NCBI GenBank assembly: GCA_003971905.1
Contig: RSEE01000082.1
Location: 186,001 to 250,000, forward strand
Origin: Moniliella sp. 'wahieum'
Lineage: Eukaryota
DNA: 64,000 bases
Direction: 5' to 3'
In this document: positions 12,376 through 26,237 of the stretch, in pieces
Numbering within the stretch: the stretch's first letter is position 1
Layout of the letters: each line of letters starts with the position of its first letter
The notes under the pieces: model-generated
What the model was told of the DNA's origin: nothing
The model's input: only the letters and a program-made list of their open reading frames with translations
The model's database searches: none
Position numbers and translations under genes: made by a program

Positions 12376-12559
12376 ACTCATTGACCGTTTTCCCAGTTCC
12401 GTCCCTATCCTGTCAGTGGTAGCAACTTGCTATTCTACGTTCTCACTTTCTAAGTCTGCATTCTTCTTCTGTTTTTCTCGAGCTAGACTGGATAACAAGC
12501 GTTGGATTTGTGATATAGGTCGATTAGAGAGAGCGCACCGTGGGTCGTTTGACTCGTTC

Positions 12560-15500
12560 TTAGCTTTCCTCCTGCACAAAGGCGGTAAGGATGGAGCTGA
12601 GCACGTTGGGCATGTCCTTGGTCTCGGGGCAGACAAATGCCTTGCCTGGCAGGGCACGCGCAAAGTGCTGTGCCTCGGACCCATTCTTATCGATAAAGAT
12701 GATGGCCGAACGCACCTTGTCGCCCCCTTGTTCAAAGCACGAGACAAGATGGGTACCGTGATCCCGTACCGCGACAGTGGGCGTCCGACATGCCAATCAC
12801 AAAACGCGCATCCGCCTCTTCCTTGGCCAAGTCGATGGCCGACTGCTCAAAGGAAGAGACAGTGTTGTCGCCGCTGTCCGTGTACTGCATATACGCCACC
12901 ATGTCACGTAGGACTAATAGCACCGAGAACAGAGTGATTCCAGTTAGCACCTGAAGCACGAGAGCGAGCAAACCACACACCGAACCAGAACCACACGTAC
13001 CTTTCCACTTGTCACCCTGCGTCCGCGGCGGCTTGTTGGCCGGGATAAGGACGATGGAGTTGCCATCGCCATTGTGTCCGACCAAGTCCCAGACGAACTT
13101 GCCCGGATCAGCATGCTGCATGGCTTCCATGATCATCGTCACCGTCTTCACCTCCCGGTCCAGACGTCCGTCAAACTGCATCACATACATGCTGGCCGAC
13201 AAGTCGACCAAAAACCGGATACGTTTCGGCTTGGTCTGCGGCGCGCCAGGCTCGGGCGGCTGCTCTTGCCGCCGACGGAAAATGTTGCGTTCGCCCGTCA
13301 GGCCATCGGCCAAGCGCCGTTCGTCCAGCTCGCCCTCCTGCTGACGGGAGAGCCATTGTCGTTCGTGCGCAGACGCCTGCAATGCATCAAAGATGCCTCG
13401 CAGCGCACGGATTTGCGGGGCCATCTCGGACTGGTACGCATGCAACGTCGCGCCCTCGGTCGCTGTCAAGCCGTCCTCGGCCAACTTCTTAGCCAAGGCC
13501 GCTAAGGCCATCTCCTTGGCCTGCTTGCGCACATGTTCCGGCACCGCATCCTTCATCTCCTGCGGCACTTGGTGGATATCGTGACCGGTATACAGACGCT
13601 CGTACCCTCCCCTGCCTCCGAGGCCAGCGTGTCCCTGCCGCCCGTACCACCGCGCCAGGTATTGCCACCGACATGCGGGTTGTTCTCGGGATCGATCTTG
13701 CCCTCCTTGGGCTGATCCAGCGACGTGTCCTTCCACTCTCCCGTGGGTCAAACTTGATGAGTTTCGGTGCCGCCTTGCCTTCCTTTTGTCCAAGTGCCGC
13801 TTGGGCTGCCTTGGCGGCTGCTGCAGCGCGCACGGCGGCCAAACTCATGCTGGACGTATCGATGCCGTAGCGGTCGAGGATGCCAAGCACATGCGACATG
13901 GCTCTCGGGTCGGTGGAGGTCAAACGCAAGTGTATTGAGCAGCACAGAGCTCAGCTGTTCCTCAGGGAAATTCTCAAGGTGACGGACGAGATGAAGCAAT
14001 TCGCGCAACGAGTAGGGGTAGGCCACCAGGCCATCCACAAATGCTTGGCGCAGTTCATGGAAGGCCAAATCGAGGCGCTCCAACAGGTCACGCGGCACAC
14101 TGGGTGCGGCCTGTTGCAACAGTCGGATCTCCGAGTCGGGGTCCGGGTTCGACACGGCATAACAGCTAAACCCTTCTCCGATGACTTGGAGGAACTCGTT
14201 GCCCAAGAACGGGTACCCCGGCCGGTTCGATAACAAGATCAATCGGAAATCCGGATGGAGCAGAATGTCGTCAGGAGAGCCATGGCGCGACGAGGGCCGT
14301 ACCCTACGCCCGTCGGGAAGAGAAAGCTCTCCGCGCTCGGCGAGCGACTTGAACACTGCTGTCACGGCGGCCGACGCCTTGTCCGCCTCGTCAATCACCA
14401 TGATACGTCCTGTACGAATGGCGCGGACCAAGGGTGACTCGAGATAAGCAAGTTGCCCGTCCTTGAGCTGAACTTGCTGCAAGATGGAGGCCACCGTCGA
14501 GTCACGATGCAATTGGATGTACTCGCGGGGCCGACGGAGGAGCTGAAGCAAACGATCCACCAACTTGTTTTTGCCAGTGCCTTGGTTGCCCATCAGGAGG
14601 AGATGCTCACCAAGAAGATGCAAGTCCTCGGCCATCGCTTTCAGCAAGGCCGTCTGGTCGGGGTTGTTGTAAAACGACTTCATTGTCGGTACCAGCAGTT
14701 TCCCCTCGGGGTCCCTCTGGTCCACATCAAACAGGGGCACCTTCTCGGGCGGAGAGGAAGGTTCGGTAAGATCGGAAAAGACGAGAGAATCTCCCTCCAC
14801 CTCCGGATCCGCAAGAAGCGGAGGAGGACGGTACTGGAACGCGCCCTCTGCTCCGACGGGATAGATCCGATTCTGGACCAAGAGATCCAGCACCACCGTC
14901 CGCACGCCTTGGGCAAAAAGTCCACCAGCAAGGAACGTGATGAGCCAGTGCAGATCCGAATCGGGAAAGTGAGCCAGACGATGGGCCATGCGCAGCAGTT
15001 GACGCGTGCCGAGCCGACGCGACTTGGCCAGGGACAAGTTGGGATCGGCACTGAGTTTGCGGTACTGCGCCGCAAAGTCCAGCAGCGGTTCCAGCTGCTC
15101 GGGGGGGCACTCGGTGCGGTCCGCTACCACGTGAGCCTCTTCCTCTGGGTCCATAGGACTGGGCTGGACAAATCCAAACATGGTGCTCGACTCCTCGTCC
15201 AACCAGTCTCCTTTGGCCGCGGCAGCCGTGGCGACCAGTCGAAACGAAGGCTGAATCACGGGCAGCACCGCCCCGCCCGCTGCCTCGGCCAATTTTTCCC
15301 GCACCGTCGTAAGCGACAGCGGGGGATCGTCAGGGTGGGCGAGGATGAAGCGGTTCCCGTTCCAAAGTTCCGACTCGCGGTCGGTAGCCAGCCGAGCCAA
15401 GCTGCCCAGCGTGGGACCGAGCGTGTCCACCCCGGCCAAGTGCACCAGACGGCCCTCGACGGCTCCCTTGAGCAGAGGCGCCAGCTCCCACGTGGTACTG

Positions 15501-17522
15501 CCATCGGGTGCGGTCGCACGGCGCATGAGAAGCTCTTGACCACTAATGTCCTTGAAGAGATGGAGCGTCTCCAATGGATAACCAAGGATCGAAGCAAAGA
15601 TGCCAATCGAGGTTGAGGTGGATGACGAAGCTTGTCCGCTCACGCCCTTGCGTGCTACCGACGGGCTGTGCCGCCCGGCCAACGACGAGGGCAAAAGACA
15701 AATGTCGCGCCCGACCGCGTGCAGCTGGAGCATCAGAGTCAACTGGGCCATCATGCGCGGTGTGATGAGGATCCCGTCTTGCGTCGTTTCTCCTAGGGTG
15801 GGAACAGGGACCAAGGGCAGGGAGCCGCCCGGCGTGCGCAAGCGAACCACTTGGCCGTCTCGACTTGTTCAAACAGAAGCGAAACCTGGTTCGAAGCCGG
15901 GTCGGGCCGCTCGGCACGGATGATTCGGTAGCCCAAAAGCCCCACTCCTTCTTGAGCCGCCTCTTCGCCCAGGCCTTGACTCAGCCCCACAGCAGCCAAC
16001 AGCTCGGCGAGAAGCTTGTCCTGGGTATCGTCAAAGGTATGCATGACGGGGTACCCAGTACCCAACAGGGTCGCTGTAGAAGGAGCGATCAATGCTGCAG
16101 GGGGACGATTGGCTAGCTTTTTGAACGCCTCCATTTCCCGTCGAGCTTGCATGGCACGTTGGGTCGAATGCATCTGCAATGCATGCGACGAGGAAGCTGC
16201 CTTTTCCAGTTGGGCCTCAGGATTGACACGAGGCGGGGCAGAAGTGGGTTCGTCGTCCGCCTTCTCGCCCAATTTGGCCACAGCAGGGGCACGCGGGCCG
16301 GCAGGAACTGAGCAATTGTCTCATCAATCAGCGGGATCGCCGTGCCGGCCAAGTGAGGCAGTTGGGTGGTGGGGGGAGCCCCGTCTCGCCCGAGGCGACA
16401 TGGTTGTGCTCCCGGACCAAATGGCCCCACTGATAAAACAGTTTCTGTACCTCCAACCCTTCGGCTTGATGTGTTGGGTCCGGCGTACCTTCTACCCGAG
16501 CTGCCACGTCTGCCGAGCCCGTGTGACCCACATACCCTTCCACCCAGCGGCCTTGGAACCGGCTCCGAAAGGGGGGTCGAGCGGATGGCCCTTGTAGGAG
16601 GAACAGGGACTCCGATGGTGATCACGCGAAAGTTGGGGTGGACGGGAATGAAGCGGCTATGGCTACCGTCCTTTGCTCCGCCCCGTTGGGCTCCTCAGCC
16701 CGCGCTGCCTCGAGACGCTCGGCTGGGATAAGGTGCGTGCCATCGGGTAGGTTTTGTTCCCGGTTCTAAGCCCAAGGCGAGTCAGGATATGCAACGAAAA
16801 TTGGTTTGGCAGAGTCAAGAAAAAGGGCAACAACGTACCTCGAGAATGTTATTGAGGAGGGGGAGAATGTTCCTCGGCACGTTGGGTGCCTTCGAGAATG
16901 AGAAGTGCACCTTGCGTCATGGCACGCACACCGGTCCGTTGTGGTACACCAGCGACCGGCCTCCCTCCAAGTTACGAGTCTGGAGCAGATCCGCCTCGCC
17001 TACATCGCGGTGGAGCGAGACCAGCTCGTAGGGCAACTGAAGAAGCGCAGCAAACGTCAGGGCCAGGCGGCGTGCGTACGGCCCGGAGGGGAGAGAAGGA
17101 AGACATCCTGCCCCAAGCGCCACTTCTTGGCGAGCCATTCCAGATGCTCGGCGACCAAGGGGTCGGCCGTGTCGAGGAGGAGGCGGGGGGAGGGCAGGCG
17201 GGCTGGCTCGGCGGGGCGGGTGACAGGGAGGGACACGGCGCCGACATGGACGGTGCCAATGATGTCGTCAGACGCGGCGGTGGCCAGGAGACGGGTGCTG
17301 TGGGGGGTGGTGGGGGCGAGCTGGCGGGCCAAGGCCGCGACGCGCTGCTCGGGGGCGGGGCGGGGCGGGAGGGGGCGCCATGGGCCAGGGAGAGGTGGTG
17401 GTAGTGGAGGTGGGGGCGGTGGGGTGATGGAGGTGGTGATGGAGGTGGTGATGGAGGTGGTGATGGAGGTGGTGGCGGTGGAGGCGGGGAGGATGGGCAG
17501 CACGAAGCAGACGGAGGAGCAT
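12560..17522 (-). CDS. VWA8: VWA8 (KIAA0564)-like protein: tandem MoxR/dynein-related AAA+ modules plus C-terminal VWA domain; probable mitochondrial presequence
   Basis: HLEWLAKKWRLGQDVFLLSPPG; ELVSLHRDVGEADL; NFRVITIGVPVPP; Walker A GNQGTGKNK; YIQLHRDSTV; Walker B VIDEADKA; HPDFRLILLSNRPGYPFLGN; YPYSLREL; GLGGRGG; ERQWLSRQQEGELDERRLADGLTGE; MIDAS FLVDLSASMY; Arg/Leu-rich start MLLRLLRAAHPP. Confidence 0.9.
17424..17475. repeat. 12-bp coding tandem repeat (GTGATGGAGGTG)x4 in the VWA8 N-terminal region
   Basis: gtgatggaggtg repeated four times; encodes (TTSI)n on the minus strand. Confidence 0.85.
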
Positions 17523-18295
17523 CCTACGCTGTGTGTGGCTTTCCCGCCGGCAGCAGCAGTGGTAGCAGCTGGGCTTGGGCCTCGCATTCACTGTCAGTCG
17601 CTGCCCAGCCTGTGAATCGGCTCTGCTCGGCCACCGCCTCGGCCCAGCCCACATCCGGTACCCGGTTGCCAGTCCTCTCCCCACCCGCAAAAAAATGGTC
17701 AATATGAGGCTTGAACTCATGACCTTGGCATCACCAACACTCCCGGAGGACATATTAGTACCACGCTCTGACCAACTGAGCTAATCGACCGCTTGAGTGC
17801 GTGGTCTTTTTCCAGTAGTGTCGTCAGTTTCAATTTCAATTCTTTCAATTCCGCCAGTCGATCTAAGCGCCAATTAAGCTTTAGCGCGAATAAGCGCGCT
17901 CCCCATGGCGCTTATCAGCCTGTTTCCACTGCACCAGCCCACCGCCAGTCTCCTGCGGGTGAGGTTCACATCCATCCTTCCTGTTGCACAGCTCGGCCCA
18001 AGTTGGCCCTATACCAGTGTTGGCCTACAAGAGCCCGTAATGGGGGGTTCACAGTTCACACATCAGAGCCTGCGCGCCGAACACAAAAAAACTGGGAGTC
18101 TATCGGGGGACATGTGTGCATATTTCAATCGAGGAAGACCAGGGGGAAACAAGGCATAGGGGGAGCAAAGGGCAAGTGTGAGGAAGAAACCCCCGAACAA
18201 AAAAGGGAGGAAAGGATATGGCCTAAAGTACAGATGAACTAGAAGTAAAAGGAGAAGCAAGGGAGGCAAGGGGAGGACGGTAATGGGAGCGCGAT

Positions 18296-19428
18296 CTAAA
18301 GCTTGGACGGGACACGCCGCACAGGTTCGGCTGCCTTGGGGGTCCAAATGTCCTCTGGGTCCGTGCCGTAAGGCGTCATCTGCTCCAGCGCATTGGCAAA
18401 CACATTGTCAACCAAGCTCTTGAGTGCACGAGCTCATCAAAGTCGACCGTCGGTGCCTTGAGCCCGCCGCGACGGCCATAGGCATCCTCAATGGACTTGC
18501 GCCGCGCCCGAGCATCGACTTGTACTCCCCCAAGGTCTGCTGGACCAGGGGAGAGAGACGAGACGAGGTACTGGTCGTAGAGCTCAAAGTTGTTGGAGCA
18601 GTTGGATGTTGCGGAGGTTGGTAATGTCCTCGGTCGGCCGCTTGGGACGGAAAGAAGGACCATGGTGAGTGATCGCTCAAACGCATTGTCGCAAGGCAAG
18701 GCAGCATGGTTAATGTACCCACCCTGCATCAACACACACGATCCAAGTTGGGACCGATCGCCTTGATCGCCTCGCATCTCCACGGCGAATCTCCGTTTCA
18801 CCCACCGACCATGCCTTCCACATCGGACAGCATCAGCACGCACACCCAGGGTGCGTCACGGTGGTATCCCCACCACGGGCGCCGTCTTCTCCCCATTCTT
18901 GGGTGCAAACCGACACGTGCGACTTGGCAAACGGATCGGCGGCAAAGGGTGTTGATGTACTCGCGACGGTCCAGCCAGCCGGGACTTGGATGTGGTGTGG
19001 CCCAGCTCGTAATCAAACACTGGCACCAGCTCTTCTCCGGCAGCTTCGGCAAGCGCAGCCAGGGTCGCGGGATTGGTCAAAAGTCGTACACGAACTTGGA
19101 TGCTTCCGGCGCCATACCGCGCAACTGCGCATTGCGGCCCAGCAAGGGTGGACTGCATCATGTGGTGGTCGAGCACATGCGGTTGAAGGATAGCCTGACG
19201 CATCGCCTTCACGCCCTCGTACGATGCCAGGGGGAAAGGGCCAGCACAGCCCATAGGAGACGGGGCCTTGAGACCAGCCAGCGCCAGCTGGTTCATCGTT
19301 TGGCGCTCCTGGTCAAGTGGCTTGGTGTACTGCAGGTGCACGGCAGGGTTGAAGGTGGCCTCACCGGCCGGCACGCCGTACACAGGCGCGGGGGGAGTAG
19401 CGGGCTGCTGTTGAACAAGAGCGTCCAT
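18296..19428 (-). CDS. Fungal Fe(II)/2-oxoglutarate-dependent dioxygenase superfamily protein, substrate unknown
   Basis: FNPAVHLQYTKP..GPFPLASYEGVKAMRQAIL; ELVPVFDYELGH; HxD motif YHRDAPWVCVLMLSDVEGMVGG; distal His in LMQGGYINHAAL; ER-TMV; stop TAG at 18296. Confidence 0.8.
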
Positions 19429-20359
19429 GGCGGAGATGTGGTGGAAGAAGGGTGCAAGGAGGGAGAGGGAGGTGGAGAAATGGGGCTTAGGCGGCGTGGT
19501 GTGGTGGACAGGTTGTCGACGAGGCAAGAGTTTGTACCATTTATATGCAGGTAGAGGGTGCCTCGGTATAGGCATCAACGCGCTGGGGGTAGAATTATAC
19601 ACTGGCCAGCTTACCGCGCTACGTCGCTTAGATTAATTGGCCGGGGACAAAGGAACAAGACTGGCGCAGTTCGGTGCTCAGCAGTTGTAATGGACGCGGC
19701 AGGGGGGCAGTGTGTATGCGCGGCGACACAGGGCGGTTGCTGGGAAGCGCTGTGCTGCATCCAGACGCGGACAGACTGGCGCTGTGCGTTGGGGGTAGCG
19801 AGCAGCGCTGAGGCTCAGCTGGGAGGCGCAGGAGTAAGGAGTAAAGCCTAAGGATTGGGCTGCGAGGAGAGGCGTGTGATGTGATGCGTGTGATGGAGGC
19901 TGCCTTAGCGCGTATGGCTGCTCCAAGCAGTGTGGGCAAGCGCGTATATTGGCGAGATCTGACGAAACGGACACCCCACCCAGCCACTCCGCCGCGCTAA
20001 CCGTCCCGATTAAATCGAGATGCGCTGGCTGAGTCGAACCGCGGCAACCCGTCATCATCGAACTACGCCCCCGTGTCTCGCTTCGCCCGCACAAGGCCGC
20101 ACACACCGCGTCTGAGATCTCATTAATCCTATCGATTCACAGGCAACGTTACCAAGCCAGAACCTTTTGGACGCCTCGATTAGTCGTTTAGGCGAGAATA
20201 CAACGGGCGCTTAGCGCTTACCACCAGTTACGGCGTACTAGCGCCAAGTATTACCCCACCAGTACATTTATTTTGACGACCAAGAGGGCTCCTCTCCGGT
20301 ATGGTTATTGTGCTGAGGCCATATTGCAGCTTGGATAACCGCCCCGCCGTCGGAGTCGC

Positions 20360-21700
20360 TAGTATCATTGATCATTGGGCGGAAAAGCAGCGGAAAGATC
20401 TCTTGACAGAGCGAAGAGCATTACGCGCGCGGTGGAAGGCGCTGGGGCAGAGGGAGTATGATAGAAAGCCCTCTCCTGTCGCATAATTATGATTGCATGC
20501 CAAAACGACCAAGGGATAAACAAAAGGAAGCGGTCCAACGGTTGGCTTCCGCAGCTACCCGCGACAGGGGAAGAGTTGGGAGTGGACGCTACTCTATAAC
20601 GGATATGATCATGTGCAAAAGCAGGAAGGTGTCCCAAACCAGAAGTATCATGCATGGTGGGTAGGGAGCCACGGAATCATTTCAGAGACAGATTCCGACG
20701 GACGTAGGTGTCATGCCCAGCACGAGCGGTCCCCTGCCTGATGGGGGTCGCCGTGGGGCTTTTAAGGGATACAATCCCTTGGATCGGAAAGGTCGATTCA
20801 CGGGATGTTATTCGTGCATGGGCCTGTTGGTGAATCCTAACGAGGGTTTAGTAGGGACAGGGAGAGGCCACTCGGACAGAAACGGCTGCTGCTTGTGTGA
20901 CAACACTTGCATAGGCTCGGGCTTGGGTAGCAGTGACGTGTCTCTAGTCATCGGTACTCTCGCGGACAAGAAAAGAGGCAGCGGAGATGACACCGCTGCC
21001 CGAACTTGGACTGCAGTGGGAACCGCTGAATTGGAAAGCTGGAGAGACCGCAAGATGCGAAACTGGAAGATCCACGGGTTGGATTGTGGATCCGAAAGCT
21101 AGTATATAGTCATCGCTAGTCACGCGCTTCATGGTCACACAGGCATATTGGGGCGCTGGCATCATCGCTAGCTGGCCGGTACTTCCCTATTTCCTCTCGT
21201 GGCACGGCGCGAAATCCCACCAAGTCGAGAACCGCTTCCGTCTCAGAGAAAATACGCATGTGTGGTGTACGAGAAACAGTGTTAGTAGGGGGTAGAAGAT
21301 GCAAGTGAAAGACTCATCGTCATTTCAACAGTTTCTGTTGTTCGAGACGAGCATTACGCTCATACCTCCTGTGGTCGTTATTGCGCAGGGGACCACCACA
21401 AATCGCGAAGATGATTTCAGGATTCAATAAAAGCGGAGCTGTGGATAACCCCACACATGTCCAAGGGATGGCTGGCGCAATGGTAGCGCGTCTGACTACG
21501 ATGAAAAGTAATCAGGAGGTTGCAGGTTTGACCCCTGCGTCGTTCGATCCGGCACGCTTTGGGTCCCATTTTTTGGCGGATAGGTCCATTCGCCATGCGT
21601 CCCGTGCCATTAACACGGACGGGTGTGAAAATTGAAATATGGGTGATGGCGGAATTGGAAAATGGGTAGATGGGCTGGATAAGCGGAGTGGGGCTGAAGA
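20360..21700 (-). CDS. Possible hypothetical or decayed gene
   Basis: Chain of short protein-like minus-strand ORFs (21116-21304, 20944-21165, 20808-21053) and a GTATGA donor near 21365; no recognisable motif. Confidence 0.2.
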
Positions 21701-22049
21701 GGCAGGTGGCAGAGACCCGACGCTTGTGGCGACAGGCATTTGGGGCTGCAACCCACGCCTCACCGTCTGGCCTCTTACTCCATAACCGCCCCTTCGCTTC
21801 GGCCATGCCCCTGCGCATGGGACGCATGACAGTCACCCGTCACCTGGCTCGTTTGCCGGCAAAAGAAGCTTATGTGCGCATGCGCATCATATCAAAGCGC
21901 CGCCCATCGCCCCATCTCACGTCTCGAGAGGTTCGGGCTGATGGATCCGGGACGCGCACCACCCTATGACCCGGCTGCTGACGACTGACGACTGCCACCA
22001 AACCTATACTCATCCTCATCGCGCAATGCATGTCCATCTGGTTCTCGCA

Positions 22050-23300
22050 TCAATCACTGTCACTGTCCGAAGAGTCGTCGCTGTTGCCCCCTCCTCCGAC
22101 AGCGACCACGGCAGGTGTCTTCTTCTTGGCGCGCTTGTCCCAGGTGCATGGCACAGTTCGTTGCAATCCTACTGTTATTGGCTGGGGCCAGCACTTCTCG
22201 TGGAATATCGACGCCATCAGAGTCGTAGTGAGCTCTTCCTTCCCTTATTGCTCCAGCACCCCGGGAGGAGCCCCAGGCCGAGCCACCACCGAGCCATCAC
22301 TAATAGACACATCGTACCCCGGTGAAGAGTGGTGCAGAATCTTCTCGGAGATCATGACGTTGTACAAAAAGGTGTCACCCGGGAGGTTGTAGAAGTTGCA
22401 ATGGACAACGGACGCACAGATGTGCTTCACGCGACCCTCGAATCTGACAGCGTCCGTGTTCTGGAGAGGGCCGAACAATTCGAGCGCATCAGACGTATGC
22501 GCCAGGAGGAGATGGAGCTTCGGTCGCGTCGCGATCATGGCGCTGTCGGGGCCGAGTCTCGAAAGGCATTCGACAAATCGGTATGCAGTCTGGGTCGCCC
22601 GGTACGGTTCCAGCCATAACAGGCATGTCAGCGTCTAAACCCGTATATATCAATCAAGGCTGTGGGACGTACCATGAACTGCGCCCTGGCCTGCCCGGCA
22701 GCCGGGTACCATGTCCTGGAAAGCAAACCATGCAGGTCGGCTGCCGCGACGATAGCGTCATAAACCGGAATCGGAAACGTGAACTCCTTCTCATCGTTGG
22801 CCTCTTTTCCGGTCTCGAGGATGGGGAGGGCGGCGAATGGGAGAGAGCGACAAGGATAGTGCGCACATCCTTCCCAACCCCACACAGTCTTTAGGTTAGT
22901 CAACAAACCCCTAGCTCGGATATTGGTGCCCTCTGCGCCAGGGATACCCTCCGTGTTGAGATCGCTGATCTTGCCCTCGTTTCACCTCTGGTCCGCAGTG
23001 CCATCGTACGTGCCCGCTTCCTCCGCATTCCCCTCGCTTCTGCTGACCTTGTGGGTCGCACGCGTGACGTGCATGCATCGTTTCGCTCGCCTTCGGCCCA
23101 CCTTTGTCCATCTTCTCGCTTTTTGACTCGCCTGTGGTTCTCTCCCTTGGCTGGTCTGCCTTGCTATCGTACGTCCCCCGTACTTCGCGCTTGGAGTTAT
23201 ATCCTGCCCACTGACACTGTCTGCCCAGCTGCTGCATGCACCATTGAATACACCCTCCCCCCCCCCTATCTTTCTCCCCTTCCCTTTTTGCCCCCTTCTC
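22050..23300 (-). CDS. Hypothetical protein, fragmented
   Basis: Protein-like consecutive ORFs 22628-22906 and 22245-22538 (..RVKHICASVVHCNFYNLPGDTFLYNVMISEKILHH..), a GTACGT donor near 22672, and an acidic/Ser tail near 22055. Confidence 0.4.
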
Positions 23301-23489
23301 CTGCTGCGTTTGCCCAGCACGGGGCCTACTCAGCTGCCCTATACTCAGCTGCCCAGCAACTTGCATGCCTCTCTGCTGGTATTATGCATCATGTGCGTAT
23401 AGTATGATCTTTCGCAGCCCCCCGCGTCAGTAGTTTTTGTCTAGGGAAAGAAGCCGAGAAGCGATAGAGACGATAAGGAAGTGGAGGCG

Positions 23490-25350
23490 GCTGTGCAAGG
23501 TGGCTCAGACGTCGCCCCGTGACACACTTGTTATGACAACCATCAGGGAATCTAGAATCTTGCGCGTAGCGGCGGTAATGTTCTCTGTACTCAAGATACT
23601 GCTCAAAAGCCCAGGTTGATCGATCCTACCCCAGCCGACAGCTCCGCATCAGCGGGAAGATCTACCTTCGGGCGAGTTGAGTGGGTGTGAGGTAAAAAAG
23701 ACAGAGCCCGTATAGCTCTCACCCGGCACAACGCTCTGGTGGTTCAACGACCAGTCGCGCTCGCCCCGATTATGCCTCCACGAAAGGTTCACCGAGCCCG
23801 TCTTGGCTGCCGCCTTGACCAGCCCGAAAGACTCATTGTACGTCACATTCACTGAGCCCACATCGGAATGGATCTGGGATGACCAAACCTGTGCCAAAGT
23901 GCCAGTGGGGTCCCGGTTTTCGCGCCCAAACTTGTCTTTGAAGGTAATCTGAACTTGTCCGGTAAGCGCCACAGCGCCTACCTGCACTCCTAACCTTTTA
24001 TCTTCCCAGAAGCTCACGGGCGTTACATGGCCAAGTATGACCGAACCCTTGTCCGTCTCGACGGAGAGATGATGGGCCACGACTTGTCCGTGCACCTCGA
24101 TCGTTCCCATATTGGACACGAGCTTGGCAATGGGTGCATAGATAGAGGCGAGGCCAATGCTGCCTTTGTCGGACAAGAACTGAGCCGAGACAATGGAATG
24201 CATGGCGTTTCCGTTGATTGACCCCAGTTTGGACTCAATCACCATATCCCGTGCGTAGAGGGCTTGCTTGAACAAAAGCGAGCCCGTCTCGGACACGATA
24301 CGTATATATTTAGCGGTAGGATTGACTCCCGTGAAAGTAACGCTACCGACCGTTGCATGAACCTGGACCCGTCTGCAGTAACCCCCAGATCGGCTGAGGA
24401 GACCGAGCCTTCATCTGAAAGGATATCGAGGGTGCCTAGCGCCCCCTCGGCACGGGGGAGACGCGCCTTGACCGTAACTGCGATCTTCGGCTTGAGAGCG
24501 GGAAAGAAGTATGCGGGTCCGAGTAAACCCCAATCCTAATCCAACCCTTTTGGGTTTGCAGCCGCACCACCCGCAGCTCCTCCTCCAGCGTCGCCTCCGT
24601 ATCCGCCCACGCTTCAACATCCACAAAGGTCTTACCGGACCAGCCAGTTCCGGGTCCCGTTCCGACCAAGTCAATGTTCGTTGTGTGTCGCTTACCAAGA
24701 GAATGGATAGACAGCCCATTGCTCGTCTTGTCGGAGGGGAGCAGCTCAAAGGTGGCCCTGCGCACAAAGGGCTGGCGGGGCGAGAAACCCTTGCGCTCAA
24801 TAGGGCCCCAGGAGGCTTCGGAAACGAGAATGCCCTCGGATGCAGGTACGTCGGGTCCCTTGGCAGCGGACGCGTTGTTGTCGAAATTGAGCATGATTGT
24901 GTAGAGTAGTGATGGTGGGAGGGATGATGGCGACGAGCCCATGCCGGTTAAATGTGGATCGTTGCCACCAACCAAGCCGAGGACCTCAGAAACACGTGGA
25001 TGCGGCAACGTGCGACTCGCTGTCAAATATCAGCCTCCGCATCGCTTGGCGCGTCCATATCGATAGGAACCAGCCGGCTGGCCTCAGGGTTCACTACGTT
25101 CACTCTTCATTCATTATTCCAACGGGGCCATCTGTGCGCTCAGCTGAGCCGCTGAAGGATAAGATTGTTAGAGGTAGTGCTACGGTTCTCCTGCACAGCC
25201 TTCAATGGATTGGTGACGCTCGCTTAGCCGGGCGGAAGAGTTCCGCTCGCAGGCCGCGCACGTCTTGCTCGCTCCATCTCCCTTCTCTCTCCTCCTTTCT
25301 CCTTCCCTTCAGACGTTGCTTGAAGACTGTGGCTCACCACTTTGCCTTCA
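23490..25350 (-). CDS. Putative adhesin / DUF4097-like beta-strand repeat protein; boundaries approximate
   Basis: Repeated [ST]-x-x-G-[ST]-[IV] units: SETGSL, SKLGSI, SDKGSI, SNMGTI, TDKGSV, ALTGQV, SDVGSV, AKTGSV (23649-24296). Upstream ORF 24436-25026 has similar style. Confidence 0.6.
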
Positions 25351-26237
25351 CGCCTTGTCTGCTGCTTTGCAGCTGATCCATAGGATCGCGAGTGCTCCCA
25401 AGTCGCACTCTGGCAAAGATCAGGCTCATTTACGTAGCGTGAGTAACGGTACAGGATACGAAGTTAAAGAGGAACTCTGAACCGCAAACCATTGAATATT
25501 GAACGAATGTCGATGATTGACCTTATCGCAAGATACCGCGACATGGTTGGCATCGGGTTTCCAAAGCCAGTACCAGGTACGATCAGCCCCTGTACGTGTG
25601 GCCTGAACGGCCTGACGCTTGAAAAGGTTGAACGTTGACATGAGTCCGTCGGTATAACCACAGGAGCCGGCAATAAACACGTAAAACCTCCGCATCCGTA
25701 TGATGCTCATCGATCATCATGCATCATGTATCATGCATCATGCACCCAGTGACGTCATAGGCAGCTTGGCGTTGCTTATTGAAGCTATTGAAGCTTGAAG
25801 CGTGAAGAACAACAGAGCAACTATAATGCTCGTGACGCGGGCATACTGCGACGGTGGAACGGTGGCCAAGGTGGCGACGGGATGGAGCGCGAGACGAGCG
25901 GGGGAAAAGGTTGTATGGAACGGTGAACGAGGGGGCAAAGATGGTCGCAGATCGTCGCCATCAGCACGAAACAGGCTGCACAGACCGGGGGCCGCGTAAG
26001 CCCGGGGGTCCCTTCCCGTAATACGTAAATTGGATTGCACTGCCCATCCATGCCTTGGCCCAACATGTGACTCGTCAGTGACGGACGACGCCTGCGGAAG
26101 ACTGCGCAGACGAAGAGACAGAATGGGAGATCGCCACCGTTTCCCATCAACCTCACTATATATTTTTCCTCTCTCTCTCGTCTCTATCTTGGGGGTCTAT
26201 ATATCTCTCTCATCGCCCACGCTCCCATCCCTTTGCA

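Noticed and set aside
11721..19428. Functional gene cluster (thioredoxin, VWA8, dioxygenase)
   Set aside because: No shared pathway logic, backbone biosynthetic enzyme or common regulatory motif; adjacency alone is uninformative in fungi.
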